Origin: Candidatus Thorarchaeota archaeon
GTDB taxonomy: Archaea > Asgardarchaeota > Thorarchaeia > Thorarchaeales > Thorarchaeaceae
Reading direction: 5' to 3'
Assembly (NCBI GenBank): GCA_003345545.1
Contig: PRDH01000071.1
Span: forward strand, 1 to 26,015
DNA: 26,015 bases
Positions 1-8,392 of this stretch are shown piece after piece. Each line of letters begins with the position of its first letter. Position 1 is the stretch's first letter. Both the position numbers and the translations under genes were made by a program. The notes under the pieces were generated by a model that ran no database searches, was not told the origin of the DNA, and worked only from the letters and a program-made list of their open reading frames with translations.

Positions 1-2
1 AG

Positions 3-452
3 TTTGGTAACTACATGAGGCCGACGATGGTCATGGTCAATTTGATGCTCGTCAATCCTTTGAACAACATCACCATGGTCCTTGTCTGGGCAGGAGCTGG
101 CTTTGTCGGAGGAATGATGGCCGGAACCAAGAAGGGCGCCTTTGTTGTGGGGCTCGTGACTTGGCTCTCTTGCTTTGGTTTGATTGTACTCTGTGGATAC
201 CTACTCCTTCAGGGAGGTTTTGCACTCGGAGAGATCGTAGTTCCACCTGGTGAATCAATTGCCTATATTCTATCAATTCCCCTAATCTCGGGAGCCATTG
301 AGCAGATTTTACCATTAATCTCCGGTCTTGGCGGAGGTTTGGATATCATGGCACTATTGACACCATTGATAATCTGGTTCTTGACTCCCGTCATTATTGT
401 CATCATTGCTGCGATTCTAGGGGCAGTAGTGAGGAAAAAGGAGGCACTCTAA
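3..452 (+). CDS. Integral membrane protein of unknown function, probably 5'-truncated by the window edge
   Basis: The frame is open from position 3 (TTT GGT AAC TAC ATG at 15). About 4 hydrophobic segments and a basic C-terminus (RKKEAL). The stop is 1 nt before the next ATG. Confidence 0.75.
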   Translation, partial: FGNYMRPTMVMVNLMLVNPLNNITMVLVWAGAGFVGGMMAGTKKGAFVVGLVTWLSCFGLIVLCGYLLLQGGFALGEIVVPPGESIAYILSIPLISGAIEQILPLISGLGGGLDIMALLTPLIIWFLTPVIIVIIAAILGAVVRKKEAL

Positions 453-453
453 G

Positions 454-2109
454 ATGAGACCTAATCACAAGCACGCAATAATTGCGATGATTGCCATAAG
501 CTTCTTGCTTGCCGCACCAAATGTGGCTGCAGCCGATTCAGCCGGAGCTGCACTATCTCAGGAATTCGATGAGGACTTCTTCACTGGCCTTCTTGAAAAC
601 GGCGCTGAATTGGTCTTCGCAGCTATCGGGCCACAGGGCGAACCTGCAGTGATCTATGCACAGCTGGGTATTCCGTCAGATGCGTTAGGCCTGACCGAAC
701 CTATGTACGCAGACTGTATGGTGATGGCGCTAGTTGCTACGCAGGGTGAGCTTCTGGATTACATAATCGACTTCATAGGTTCAGATCTTCTCAATATCAC
801 CGGTGGCACTGGAGAGTTCTCTGCAACTCAGTTCGGAGAGGGTGGTCTCGATGTGAATTCATTGCTTGCCATGCTCGGAACTGATTTCAGCCTTCTCGTC
901 AATATCTTTGCGAATGCAGAGGCAGCAGCTGCTCAGACGAATATGGCAGCCATAAAGGCTCATCTCAATCTTGCCTTCGGGTTCGTGTTCTCAGACCTAC
1001 TCAATCTGAGGATTGATGAGAGCTTCTTCCCGCCAGAAATGAATGTCACATTCCCCTTCGAGAGCATTGATGTATTCATCTCTCAAGTCAGCAATACGTT
1101 TGGAGATGCTGTCAGCAGCGTGTTTAGCGTGATGGACGACTCAGGTTTTCTGAGCTCTATTAATGAAACGATCTTCTCTGAGGCTCGAGCCTCAGGGGCC
1201 GGGCTTGTGGCCATACCTGACCTCGGTGCGTTGGCAGACCTCTTTGGTGGCTTTACGAACAGTACGCCTTCAGCGTCGTCATTTGCACTCTCGCAGATGC
1301 CTGAGCTCGATGGTCCACTTGCAGTCGTCTTTGCAGGATACATCGGGGACCAGGTCCTGACCACTTCGTCGACAGAACTCAATATCTTTGAAGATCTTCT
1401 TGGCAAGCCGCCCAGTGGTACAGTTAACGGCATAGATGGTGGTCAATCATTCGTGGTATGTGCAATGCCCCAAAGCGTGAACATCACATCCTACAGTCCT
1501 GAGGACGAAGCTCTGAATCGAACACACTATGACAACGAGTCAGGTTTCGTATTCTGGAACGCAACATGGTACGCAGACCAACAGGACTACACCATCAACT
1601 TCGATGCAGGCGATTTCCCACCTCTCGTCACCATTACACGTGAGTTCAGTCCTGCCTCTATAACCCCTGGAGAATCTGTCGATGTTGTCGTTGCAGTACA
1701 TAACGAAGGTCCCGAAACAATCACCAATGTCACAGTTGTAGATGCCACGATTGGAGCGACATACGATTCCGTCAACGTGACAGGCGATACATCTGCAGCC
1801 ACAGGCAGCATTCCTGCAGACGGGTGGCTGAATTTCACGTACACAGTGACATTTGCGTATGAAGGTGGCTATGCATTCGCGCCTGCCAAGATGATCTACA
1901 CCTACAATGCAACTACCTACACGAAGTCAACGCACATCGACGGCTACACTGTCAGCGCTGACCCCTTGGGTCTCTTGACTCAGATGTTCAATGACGGTAT
2001 GCCATTCACAGGTATTGCAGTTGGTGTAGTAGGACTAGGTGCCATTCTCAACATTGCCTTGATGGTTCGAGGCAGGGGCTCTCACGGTGGCGCATCGTAC
2101 CAAGTGTAA
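454..2109 (+). CDS. Secreted, C-terminally membrane-anchored cell-surface glycoprotein with an Ig-like (BatD/DUF11-like) domain
   Basis: Signal peptide (MRPNHKHAIIAMIAISFLLAAPNVAA), acidic composition and about 12 N-x-S/T sequons. Ig-like segment (ITREFSPASITPGESVDVVVAVHNEG...NVTVVD...FTYTV...PAKMIY), then a C-terminal TM helix and a short tail. Confidence 0.8.
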   Translation: MRPNHKHAIIAMIAISFLLAAPNVAAADSAGAALSQEFDEDFFTGLLENGAELVFAAIGPQGEPAVIYAQLGIPSDALGLTEPMYADCMVMALVATQGELLDYIIDFIGSDLLNITGGTGEFSATQFGEGGLDVNSLLAMLGTDFSLLVNIFANAEAAAAQTNMAAIKAHLNLAFGFVFSDLLNLRIDESFFPPEMNVTFPFESIDVFISQVSNTFGDAVSSVFSVMDDSGFLSSINETIFSEARASGAGLVAIPDLGALADLFGGFTNSTPSASSFALSQMPELDGPLAVVFAGYIGDQVLTTSSTELNIFEDLLGKPPSGTVNGIDGGQSFVVCAMPQSVNITSYSPEDEALNRTHYDNESGFVFWNATWYADQQDYTINFDAGDFPPLVTITREFSPASITPGESVDVVVAVHNEGPETITNVTVVDATIGATYDSVNVTGDTSAATGSIPADGWLNFTYTVTFAYEGGYAFAPAKMIYTYNATTYTKSTHIDGYTVSADPLGLLTQMFNDGMPFTGIAVGVVGLGAILNIALMVRGRGSHGGASYQV

Positions 2110-2124
2110 GTCTAGCTAAAGAGT

Positions 2125-2170
2125 AATCCCAGTGAGAGTCCTTATCTCCTGGGATTCCCTTCTTCTTTTT
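2125..2170 (+). terminator. Hairpin plus pyrimidine/U-tract, putative terminator after the surface protein gene
   Basis: AATCCCAG-t-GAGA-gtcctta-TCTC-CTGGGATT (2125-2156) followed by CCCTTCTTCTTTTT, starting 16 nt after the stop. Confidence 0.6.
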
Positions 2171-2224
2171 CTGCTCTTTGATTGCATAGCATTGCTTATC
2201 TTGCTCCTGAGTTTCAGTTGAACT

Positions 2225-3142
2225 ATGCCCCTAAGAAACGAACTCAACGGTTACCTACGATTGCCGCGAACATTCTTTGGCATTCCTCCGCCCACGAAAG
2301 GTGAACCTGACGTTGGCATTGTTGGGGTGCCCTACGATCTTGCTTCTAGCTACATGCCAGGCAATCGCTTTGGTCCTGATGCCATACGGCAAGCCACGGA
2401 TAGTGAGAGGTCGCACAGCTATCCACTCTCTATTGGGGATAGAGCATCATCACGAAAGCCGCTTTCCAAACTCATCACTCTCGAAGATGTAGGCGACCTC
2501 GAAGTTGTTCTGCGTATGCCAGATGCCGCAGCAATTGACATTTCTGAAGCATGCGCGAAACTTGCCACTCGACCGAGCTCTCTCGTCTTCTTGGGAGGTG
2601 ACCATTTCATCACGTACCCAATAATGAAGGGGCTGAAGCGAGGCATGCCTTCGAAGTACGGCCTAGTCTACCTCGATGCCCATGCAGACCTCTATTCAGA
2701 TATGGGTGGATATCAGCTCTCGCATGCTACTACGATGAGACGAATCATTGACAACGGAATTGCGAAGACAAGTGATATTGTCGCATATGACATTAGATCA
2801 GCTGTACCTGAACAACGTGAGGAGCTCAATGGGAACAGTGAATCCCCTATCACGACCCGTATCAGTGAACTCGGACAACGGGTGGACATACTCTACGTAT
2901 CTGTTGACCTTGATGTACTCGCACCTCAAGTCGCTCCGGGAGTAAGCCATCCCGAATCAGGCGGTCTCTCAATGCAGGAACTGGTGAAGCTGCTCCAAGC
3001 TGCGTTCTCAACTGGAAAGGTCAGATATGCAGATATTGTGGAGCTCAATCCTCTCGTGGATTCGACAGGAATAACTGCAATCGCTGCACGAGACGTTTTG
3101 AAGGAGCTGCTTGCTGGATTCGCACTTTCACAAGAAATATAA
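2225..3142 (+). CDS. speB: Ureohydrolase (arginase/agmatinase family), probably agmatinase
   Basis: GVPYD...PGNRFGPDAIR, GGDHF, YLDAHADL, SHAT, SVDLDVL, PGVSHPESGGLS and DIVELNP: the full set of binuclear metal ligands. Substrate is inferred. Confidence 0.85.
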   Translation: MPLRNELNGYLRLPRTFFGIPPPTKGEPDVGIVGVPYDLASSYMPGNRFGPDAIRQATDSERSHSYPLSIGDRASSRKPLSKLITLEDVGDLEVVLRMPDAAAIDISEACAKLATRPSSLVFLGGDHFITYPIMKGLKRGMPSKYGLVYLDAHADLYSDMGGYQLSHATTMRRIIDNGIAKTSDIVAYDIRSAVPEQREELNGNSESPITTRISELGQRVDILYVSVDLDVLAPQVAPGVSHPESGGLSMQELVKLLQAAFSTGKVRYADIVELNPLVDSTGITAIAARDVLKELLAGFALSQEI

Positions 3143-3157
3143 GTAGCAAAAACTACT
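3131..3157 (+). promoter_or_regulatory. Putative BRE/TATA followed by an inverted repeat (candidate TrmB operator)
   Basis: CAAGAA-ATATAAG about 30 nt upstream of ATG 3173, followed at once by AGTAG-N6-CTACT (3142-3157). Confidence 0.4.
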
Positions 3158-3172
3158 CACAAAGGATAGACT

Positions 3173-3907
3173 ATGACCTCTTCAAGTGATACGATGGCCG
3201 ATGAGGTCAGGATCCGAGCAAGTTCGTGTCTACGTGAATTGGGCTTCGGTGCTCATGAAACTGCAGTGATTTTGGCACTAATCGGTCAAGAATCAGCAAC
3301 TGTTGCTGATATTTACGCAGAAACCGGTATTTATCATGCAAATCTGTATGCCGTTCTTGACACCCTAATTGGGAGAGGGCTAGTTGTTCTTCAGCAAGGT
3401 AGACCGAAGGTGTACCAATTTGCGCCCCTCGCTCATATTGAGGAGATGTTTTCTTCCAAGTTAGAGCAGCTTCTTCGGGATTTGAAATTCCTACAAGAAT
3501 CCAGCAAATCAAGGATTACGACGCATGCCCTAATCTATACTATCAGAGGCAGCACAGACGTTCTTGCGAAAATAGTCGCCATGATTGGTAGAGCGGAGAA
3601 ATCGATATTCCTTGTTGCCCCGGACCTTGACTCTCTGGGTATGATGGTTCGTGAGAAGCTCCTAGAGGCGAAGGAGCGAAGAGTCAAGATTCGAGCCATA
3701 CTCGGAAGGAAACTGGATACCTCGGAACTAGGAATACCGTATCGTACAAGAACAGATACTCAAGCGGTTGATTTAGTGATAGATTCAATAGAAGCATTAA
3801 TCTCAATGCCTGATTTAACAGTGTGCGGCTGGGCCGATAATGCCTTGATCTCAACGCAACTTGAAGGGTTTCTCGAACAGAGTTGGAAGTCATCAGGGAA
3901 GGAATAG
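3173..3907 (+). CDS. TrmB-family transcriptional regulator
   Basis: N-terminal wHTH (LRELGFGAHE...ATVADIYAETGI...LYAVLDTLIGRGLV...GRPKVY), coiled linker, and a C-terminal PLD-like effector domain (MIGRAEKSIFL...LVIDSIEALI). Confidence 0.88.
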   Translation: MTSSSDTMADEVRIRASSCLRELGFGAHETAVILALIGQESATVADIYAETGIYHANLYAVLDTLIGRGLVVLQQGRPKVYQFAPLAHIEEMFSSKLEQLLRDLKFLQESSKSRITTHALIYTIRGSTDVLAKIVAMIGRAEKSIFLVAPDLDSLGMMVREKLLEAKERRVKIRAILGRKLDTSELGIPYRTRTDTQAVDLVIDSIEALISMPDLTVCGWADNALISTQLEGFLEQSWKSSGKE

Positions 3908-3909
3908 CT

Positions 3910-5280
3910 ATGTTTGACTATGACGTAATTGTAGCAGGCGCTGGTACTGGGGGTGCAACGACTGCATATACACTAGCCAAGAGAGGGCACACAGTTCTGC
4001 TAATTGACAGAAAAGAACGTGACAGTATTGGGAAGAAGACTTGCGGTGATGCTCTAGGGTCTCATCACATTCATGAACTCAGGGAACTAGTCGGTATACC
4101 TGAACTCCCCAAGGACATTGTGGAATACCAGGTGAACGGAATTGATCTCATTGCTCCAGATAGAAACCACAGAATGCGAATGGCAGGACCCACGACGACA
4201 GGTATGTCACTCAACAGGCTCAAGATGGGGCAATGGTTTGTTGGCCTTGCTGAGAGTGCAGGAGCTGAGGTCATGTCGTGTACTCGTGTCAATAAGCTGC
4301 TTTTCAAGGGCGGCAAGGTATCGGGTCTAAAGGCTACTAGAGAGGGAGAATCAGAGAAGGAATTCACCTCACACATTGTTGTCGATGCCACTGGAGCTTC
4401 AGGTCTGCTAAGAAGGCAGATGCCGGAATCGTCGCCAGTAGAAAGGGAAATCGCGAATGAAGACAGGATGGTCGCTTGGAGAGACATCTACGAAACTCCT
4501 GACTTCGACTTTGAAACCCCCGATATACTCGAGATATTCTGGAACCAGCAAGAAACACGAGGCGGGTACACATGGGTCTTCCCTCAGGGTAGAAATCGGG
4601 TCAACGTTGGAAATGGCGTTATGACCATAGATGGTCACCGCAATCCAAAGGACATTCAATACGATTTCGTCAAGAAGACATGGATAGATACGTGGGGAGA
4701 GATTAAGGTCCTTGACAGTAGTGGTGGAATCGCTCCAATTCGTAGACCGATTGATACGATGGTCGATGACAACTTCATGCTTGTCGGAGATGCAGCGTGC
4801 CAGGTGAATCCCGTTCATGGAGGTGGCATCGGATCTTCGATGCTTGGAGGAGCACACGCAGGGATTACAGCTTCAGAGGCCCTAGAGCGAAATGATACCT
4901 CAATTGGGTCACTTTGGCCATATAACCCTAGATATCACAAGAGCTATGGCTCGAAGCAAGCAGCCTTGGATATATTCAGGTGGTTCTTGCTTAATGTCAC
5001 AAATGAGGACATTGACTTTGCTTTCAAGAAGCAAATAATCAAGGCAAGCGACCTCCTTGACACATCAATGACTGGAGAAGTCAAGTTCGGTGCGGGTGAG
5101 AAGTTCAAGCGATTGGTCGCTGGTTTTGGTAAGGTGCCCCTCTTGCTTCGTGTATCTAAGGTTGCCAAATTGATGAGTGATATTCGGGCGCTCTACGCTC
5201 AATATCCTGATTCTCCAAAGGGCCTTTCAGCATGGAAAGAGAGGTTAGCACTCATCTATGATGCAGCCAAAGTCATTTAG
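3910..5280 (+). CDS. Digeranylgeranylglycerophospholipid (geranylgeranyl) reductase, Sulfolobus-type
   Basis: YDVIVAGAGTGG FAD motif, IGKKTCGDA, DATG, GGYTWVFP, VNVG, PIRRP, GDAACQVNPVHGGG and YGSKQAALDIFRWFL. Colinear with crenarchaeal GGR as I recall it. ATG 3910 is preferred over the track start at 3883. Confidence 0.88.
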   Translation: MFDYDVIVAGAGTGGATTAYTLAKRGHTVLLIDRKERDSIGKKTCGDALGSHHIHELRELVGIPELPKDIVEYQVNGIDLIAPDRNHRMRMAGPTTTGMSLNRLKMGQWFVGLAESAGAEVMSCTRVNKLLFKGGKVSGLKATREGESEKEFTSHIVVDATGASGLLRRQMPESSPVEREIANEDRMVAWRDIYETPDFDFETPDILEIFWNQQETRGGYTWVFPQGRNRVNVGNGVMTIDGHRNPKDIQYDFVKKTWIDTWGEIKVLDSSGGIAPIRRPIDTMVDDNFMLVGDAACQVNPVHGGGIGSSMLGGAHAGITASEALERNDTSIGSLWPYNPRYHKSYGSKQAALDIFRWFLLNVTNEDIDFAFKKQIIKASDLLDTSMTGEVKFGAGEKFKRLVAGFGKVPLLLRVSKVAKLMSDIRALYAQYPDSPKGLSAWKERLALIYDAAKVI

Positions 5281-5354
5281 GAGGTAGATGGCATACTCAT
5301 ATTGATTGGGCATGCATGGATTTCTCAACAGCTAGAAATGAGGAGGCTGATCTG

Positions 5355-6341
5355 ATGCGCATCGTTGCAGCCGCGCAGGGAATAGAGATTCGAGCTCCAG
5401 ATGATGCCTACTTCTCCTACTTCAACAGCCCATACATTGGGCATAGTCTCGGAACTGCTGTCGATATCTATCCTCGACACCAGGAATGGGGTGGTCCTGT
5501 TCCAGCTCCTGTTTCAGGTCGAGTAACAAGAATCAAGAAGCTACACATGGGAAGCATCAAACCATTTCCCACAGACGATTTCGATTATGGTATTGCGCTC
5601 GCACCAGAGAATGCAGAATCAGATATCGTGCGAGTAATGCATGCTGAACCTGCGGTTCGTGAAGGTAGCAAGGTCGACGAGGGTGATGAAATCGGGCGTA
5701 CGATTCGGTCTCGATACTTCAACTACTGGACAGGTCCGCACTATCACGTTGAGGCAATGCCGGCAAGCAACTTCACACGCTCGAGCAAATCAATACCTCT
5801 TGACGTCCGAATGGAGATTGAGCCTCATCAAATAGGCACTGCTCCATCAAACATAGAGATGACAATCACAGAGGTCACTGATGATCATGCCATTGGATAT
5901 CCTCAAGAAGACATTCACACAGAAATTGGTGATCTCAGTGGTCTTTCCGCGCAAGATGCAAGCGGCTCTGCAATGGGCATCATCGATGGGGGACTGTCGC
6001 ACTACCAGCATGGTGGTGTCTTCGGCAGATACAACACTGATGTCGGGGAAATTGTCTGCGTAGCGAACAACCAAGTAGGTACTGCTGCTTCGAGTAGAGG
6101 TCTAGTCACTTACTTCAGGAGAGGTCCTTCAATAAGGGCTTCGATTGATGGAATTGAGTTGCGTGGATTGTCCTGCTTCCTCTATCCGCCTCAGTACAAG
6201 AAGAGGGGCATGCCTCAACTCATCCTTATTCCAAAACGTTATGGGGGTTTCAGACACCTCCTTGAAGACGATAGTAGCGGCACACTAAGAATAGAACCTG
6301 GACGAGATCGAATAAGGCATGAAGATCGTCATGAGAGTTGA
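5355..6341 (+). CDS. M23/LAS-like Zn metallohydrolase-fold protein, no signal peptide, function unknown
   Basis: H-x6-D (GHSLGTAVDIYP), APVSGRV, MHAEPAVREGSKVDEGDEIG and TGPHYHVE (compare M23 STGPHLHFE). SD GAGGAGG precedes ATG 5355. Confidence 0.7.
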   Translation: MRIVAAAQGIEIRAPDDAYFSYFNSPYIGHSLGTAVDIYPRHQEWGGPVPAPVSGRVTRIKKLHMGSIKPFPTDDFDYGIALAPENAESDIVRVMHAEPAVREGSKVDEGDEIGRTIRSRYFNYWTGPHYHVEAMPASNFTRSSKSIPLDVRMEIEPHQIGTAPSNIEMTITEVTDDHAIGYPQEDIHTEIGDLSGLSAQDASGSAMGIIDGGLSHYQHGGVFGRYNTDVGEIVCVANNQVGTAASSRGLVTYFRRGPSIRASIDGIELRGLSCFLYPPQYKKRGMPQLILIPKRYGGFRHLLEDDSSGTLRIEPGRDRIRHEDRHES

Positions 6342-7324
6342 TACTAGTGGTTGAGAGAGTGCGTCTATCCATAGGAACAGCTATCGAGTTTGGATTAGAG
6401 ACAGGTACTTCAGACCCATATTTCACGACTGCCTTTCTGATGACCTATCGTGACAGCAAATGCGAATCGAACTGCGCGTTTTGCCCTCAAGCTAGGGACA
6501 GCTCTTCTGTATCGGATAGACTATCCAGAATATCTTGGCCGGACTATGATATCGATAAAGTCATAGGAGCCTGGCCTCAACGCAGTCAGTTCAGGCGTAT
6601 CTGTATTCAGACTCTCTGCTATGCATCTGTCGTGGAAGATGTAGTCGATATTGTGCGAAGACTTCGTGAGGTGGCTCAGCTCCCGATATCGGTGGCAATT
6701 CATCCCGTAGACAAAGACGACCTCAACAGAATGAGAGGGGCAGGAGTAACGAATATCGGGATTGCGCTTGATGCGAGTACCCCATCACTCTTCGAAGAAA
6801 TAAAGGGCAAAAGACGTGCCACTCCGTATCGATGGGATCGCCATGTTAATGCGCTACGAGAGGCACTAGAGGTCTTTGGCAGGGGAAAGGTCACAACACA
6901 TCTCATCATTGGTCTCGGGGAAACTGAAAAAGAGGCAGCGGATGTCATTCAGATGATGTACGGAATGGGGATTGGTGTTGGGCTCTTTGCATTCACTAGT
7001 GTCAGAGGTACTTCACTGGAGAGTTCCGAACCCCCATCTCTATCTTCGTACAGAAGGATTCAAGTCGTCAGGCATCTCACCTCCAAGGGAGTCCTTCGCT
7101 CCAAAGAGATCGGAACAGATGACAACGGAAGACTAACGATAGATATCGAACACAAATCGATGCTTAGCGCTTTGTCTTCCGGAGAAGCGTTTCAGGTGAC
7201 TGGATGCGAAGGATGCAACCGGCCATATTATAACGAGAGACCTCGAGGTCCAATGTACAACTATCCAAGACCCCTGAACAGGAAGGAGGTCCTTGCTGCA
7301 ATTAAGGAAACCCAGCTGGTGTGA
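6338..7324 (+). CDS. lipS2: Radical SAM protein, LipS2-type subunit of the archaeal two-component lipoyl synthase
   Basis: CESNCAFC (CX3CX2C), LSRISWP, RRICIQ, THLIIGLGETE, and C-terminal TGCEGCNRPYYNERP, a variant of the LipS2 TxGCPxC(N/D)RP motif. Adjacent to lplA/lplB. True start may be GTG 6347. Confidence 0.8.
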   Translation: MILVVERVRLSIGTAIEFGLETGTSDPYFTTAFLMTYRDSKCESNCAFCPQARDSSSVSDRLSRISWPDYDIDKVIGAWPQRSQFRRICIQTLCYASVVEDVVDIVRRLREVAQLPISVAIHPVDKDDLNRMRGAGVTNIGIALDASTPSLFEEIKGKRRATPYRWDRHVNALREALEVFGRGKVTTHLIIGLGETEKEAADVIQMMYGMGIGVGLFAFTSVRGTSLESSEPPSLSSYRRIQVVRHLTSKGVLRSKEIGTDDNGRLTIDIEHKSMLSALSSGEAFQVTGCEGCNRPYYNERPRGPMYNYPRPLNRKEVLAAIKETQLV

Positions 7325-7327
7325 GCG

Positions 7328-8095
7328 ATAGAAGAATTCCGATTCATCGACCTGAAAGCACATGCAGCCTTTGAGAATATGGCTATCGATGAAGCAGTCA
7401 TGCTCTCTATGAAAGATGGCAACGTAGGTCCGACGCTACGACTGTACCGATGGTTTCCTTCTGCAGTATCGATTGGTACTTTTCAGGGTATGATGGACGA
7501 GGTGGATACACAATTCTGTCATTCTCAGAACATTGATGTTATTCGGAGGATAACAGGCGGCGGAGCAGTCTATCACGATTACGCTGGAGAAATCACGTAT
7601 AGTATTATCATTCCCAGAGAACACAGATTGGGACCAGATGACATTATCAACTCTTATCGAATCCTGTGCAATGGTCTGATTTCTGCACTTGGTCACCTAG
7701 GTATCAAATCGGAATTCAAGCCAATCAATGATGTCATAGTAGGGGGAAAGAAAGTGTCAGGTAATGCTCAAACGAGGCGGCATTCCTGCATACTTCAACA
7801 TGGAACAATACTGCTAGACCTGGATGTCAACATGATGTTTCAGGCCTTGAAGGTTCCCAAGGAAAAGATCTCTGACAAGATGATAGCTGACGCAAGACAA
7901 CGCGTGACCTCGATTAGAGAAGTTCTTGGCAGAAACGTTTCAATGAATGAACTTAGAAACGCCTTGCGGAATGGCTTCTCGGAGGCGCTAGGAATAGAAC
8001 TGGTTCGAGGACATCTCACCAAAAACGAACGGGACACAGCTGGTCGTCTGGTTGCAGAGAAATACTCAACTCGAGAATGGAACTTCAAGAGGTAG
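7328..8095 (+). CDS. lplA: Lipoate-protein ligase A, catalytic subunit
   Basis: NMAIDEA, PTLRLYRW, RRITGGGAVYHD, PINDVIVGGKKVSGNAQ, QHGTILL and KYSTREW. The conserved N-terminus (EEFRFIDLKAHAAFEN) lies upstream of ATG 7379, implying an ATA start at 7328. Confidence 0.92.
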   Translation: MEEFRFIDLKAHAAFENMAIDEAVMLSMKDGNVGPTLRLYRWFPSAVSIGTFQGMMDEVDTQFCHSQNIDVIRRITGGGAVYHDYAGEITYSIIIPREHRLGPDDIINSYRILCNGLISALGHLGIKSEFKPINDVIVGGKKVSGNAQTRRHSCILQHGTILLDLDVNMMFQALKVPKEKISDKMIADARQRVTSIREVLGRNVSMNELRNALRNGFSEALGIELVRGHLTKNERDTAGRLVAEKYSTREWNFKR

Positions 8096-8101
8096 ACTTC
8101 C

Positions 8102-8383
8102 ATGAAGGTCGCTGACTACAAAGTCCAGGGAGGAAAGATGTTGAGAGTCAAGATGAGCCTAGAGGGCAGGATGATCAAGTCGATAACAATACTAGGCGAT
8201 TTCTTTCTCCACCCGGAATCAACCATTGAAGCAATAGAAGACAAGATAGTTGGCTGCAGCATAGACGTTCAGATTCTGTCCTCGAGAATCCAGAGCGTTC
8301 TTGATGAGCACAAAGCAGTTCTCATCGGTGCGACCAGCATTGATATTGCCAGAGCAATCGAAAAGGCTTCAATGAGTAATTAG
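8102..8383 (+). CDS. lplB: Lipoate-protein ligase accessory subunit (stand-alone LplA C-terminal domain)
   Basis: KVQGGKMLRV...IKSITILGDFFLHPE; 93 aa; 6 nt after lplA. Confidence 0.85.
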   Translation: MKVADYKVQGGKMLRVKMSLEGRMIKSITILGDFFLHPESTIEAIEDKIVGCSIDVQILSSRIQSVLDEHKAVLIGATSIDIARAIEKASMSN

Positions 8384-8392
8384 CTGTTTCTT

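Noticed and set aside
3910-5280. GGR-like gene as LipT, the FAD protein found in bacterial lipS1/lipS2/sLpl clusters
   Set aside because: It matches the crenarchaeal lipid GGR along its whole length, including the C-terminal YGxKQAxLDIFR and YP segments, so a true lipid reductase is more parsimonious. A phylogeny would settle it.
6338-7324. Biotin synthase BioB or classical LipA
   Set aside because: Lacks the LipA CX4CX5C motif and the BioB YNHNL motif; the GCxxCNRP motif and lpl context favour LipS2.
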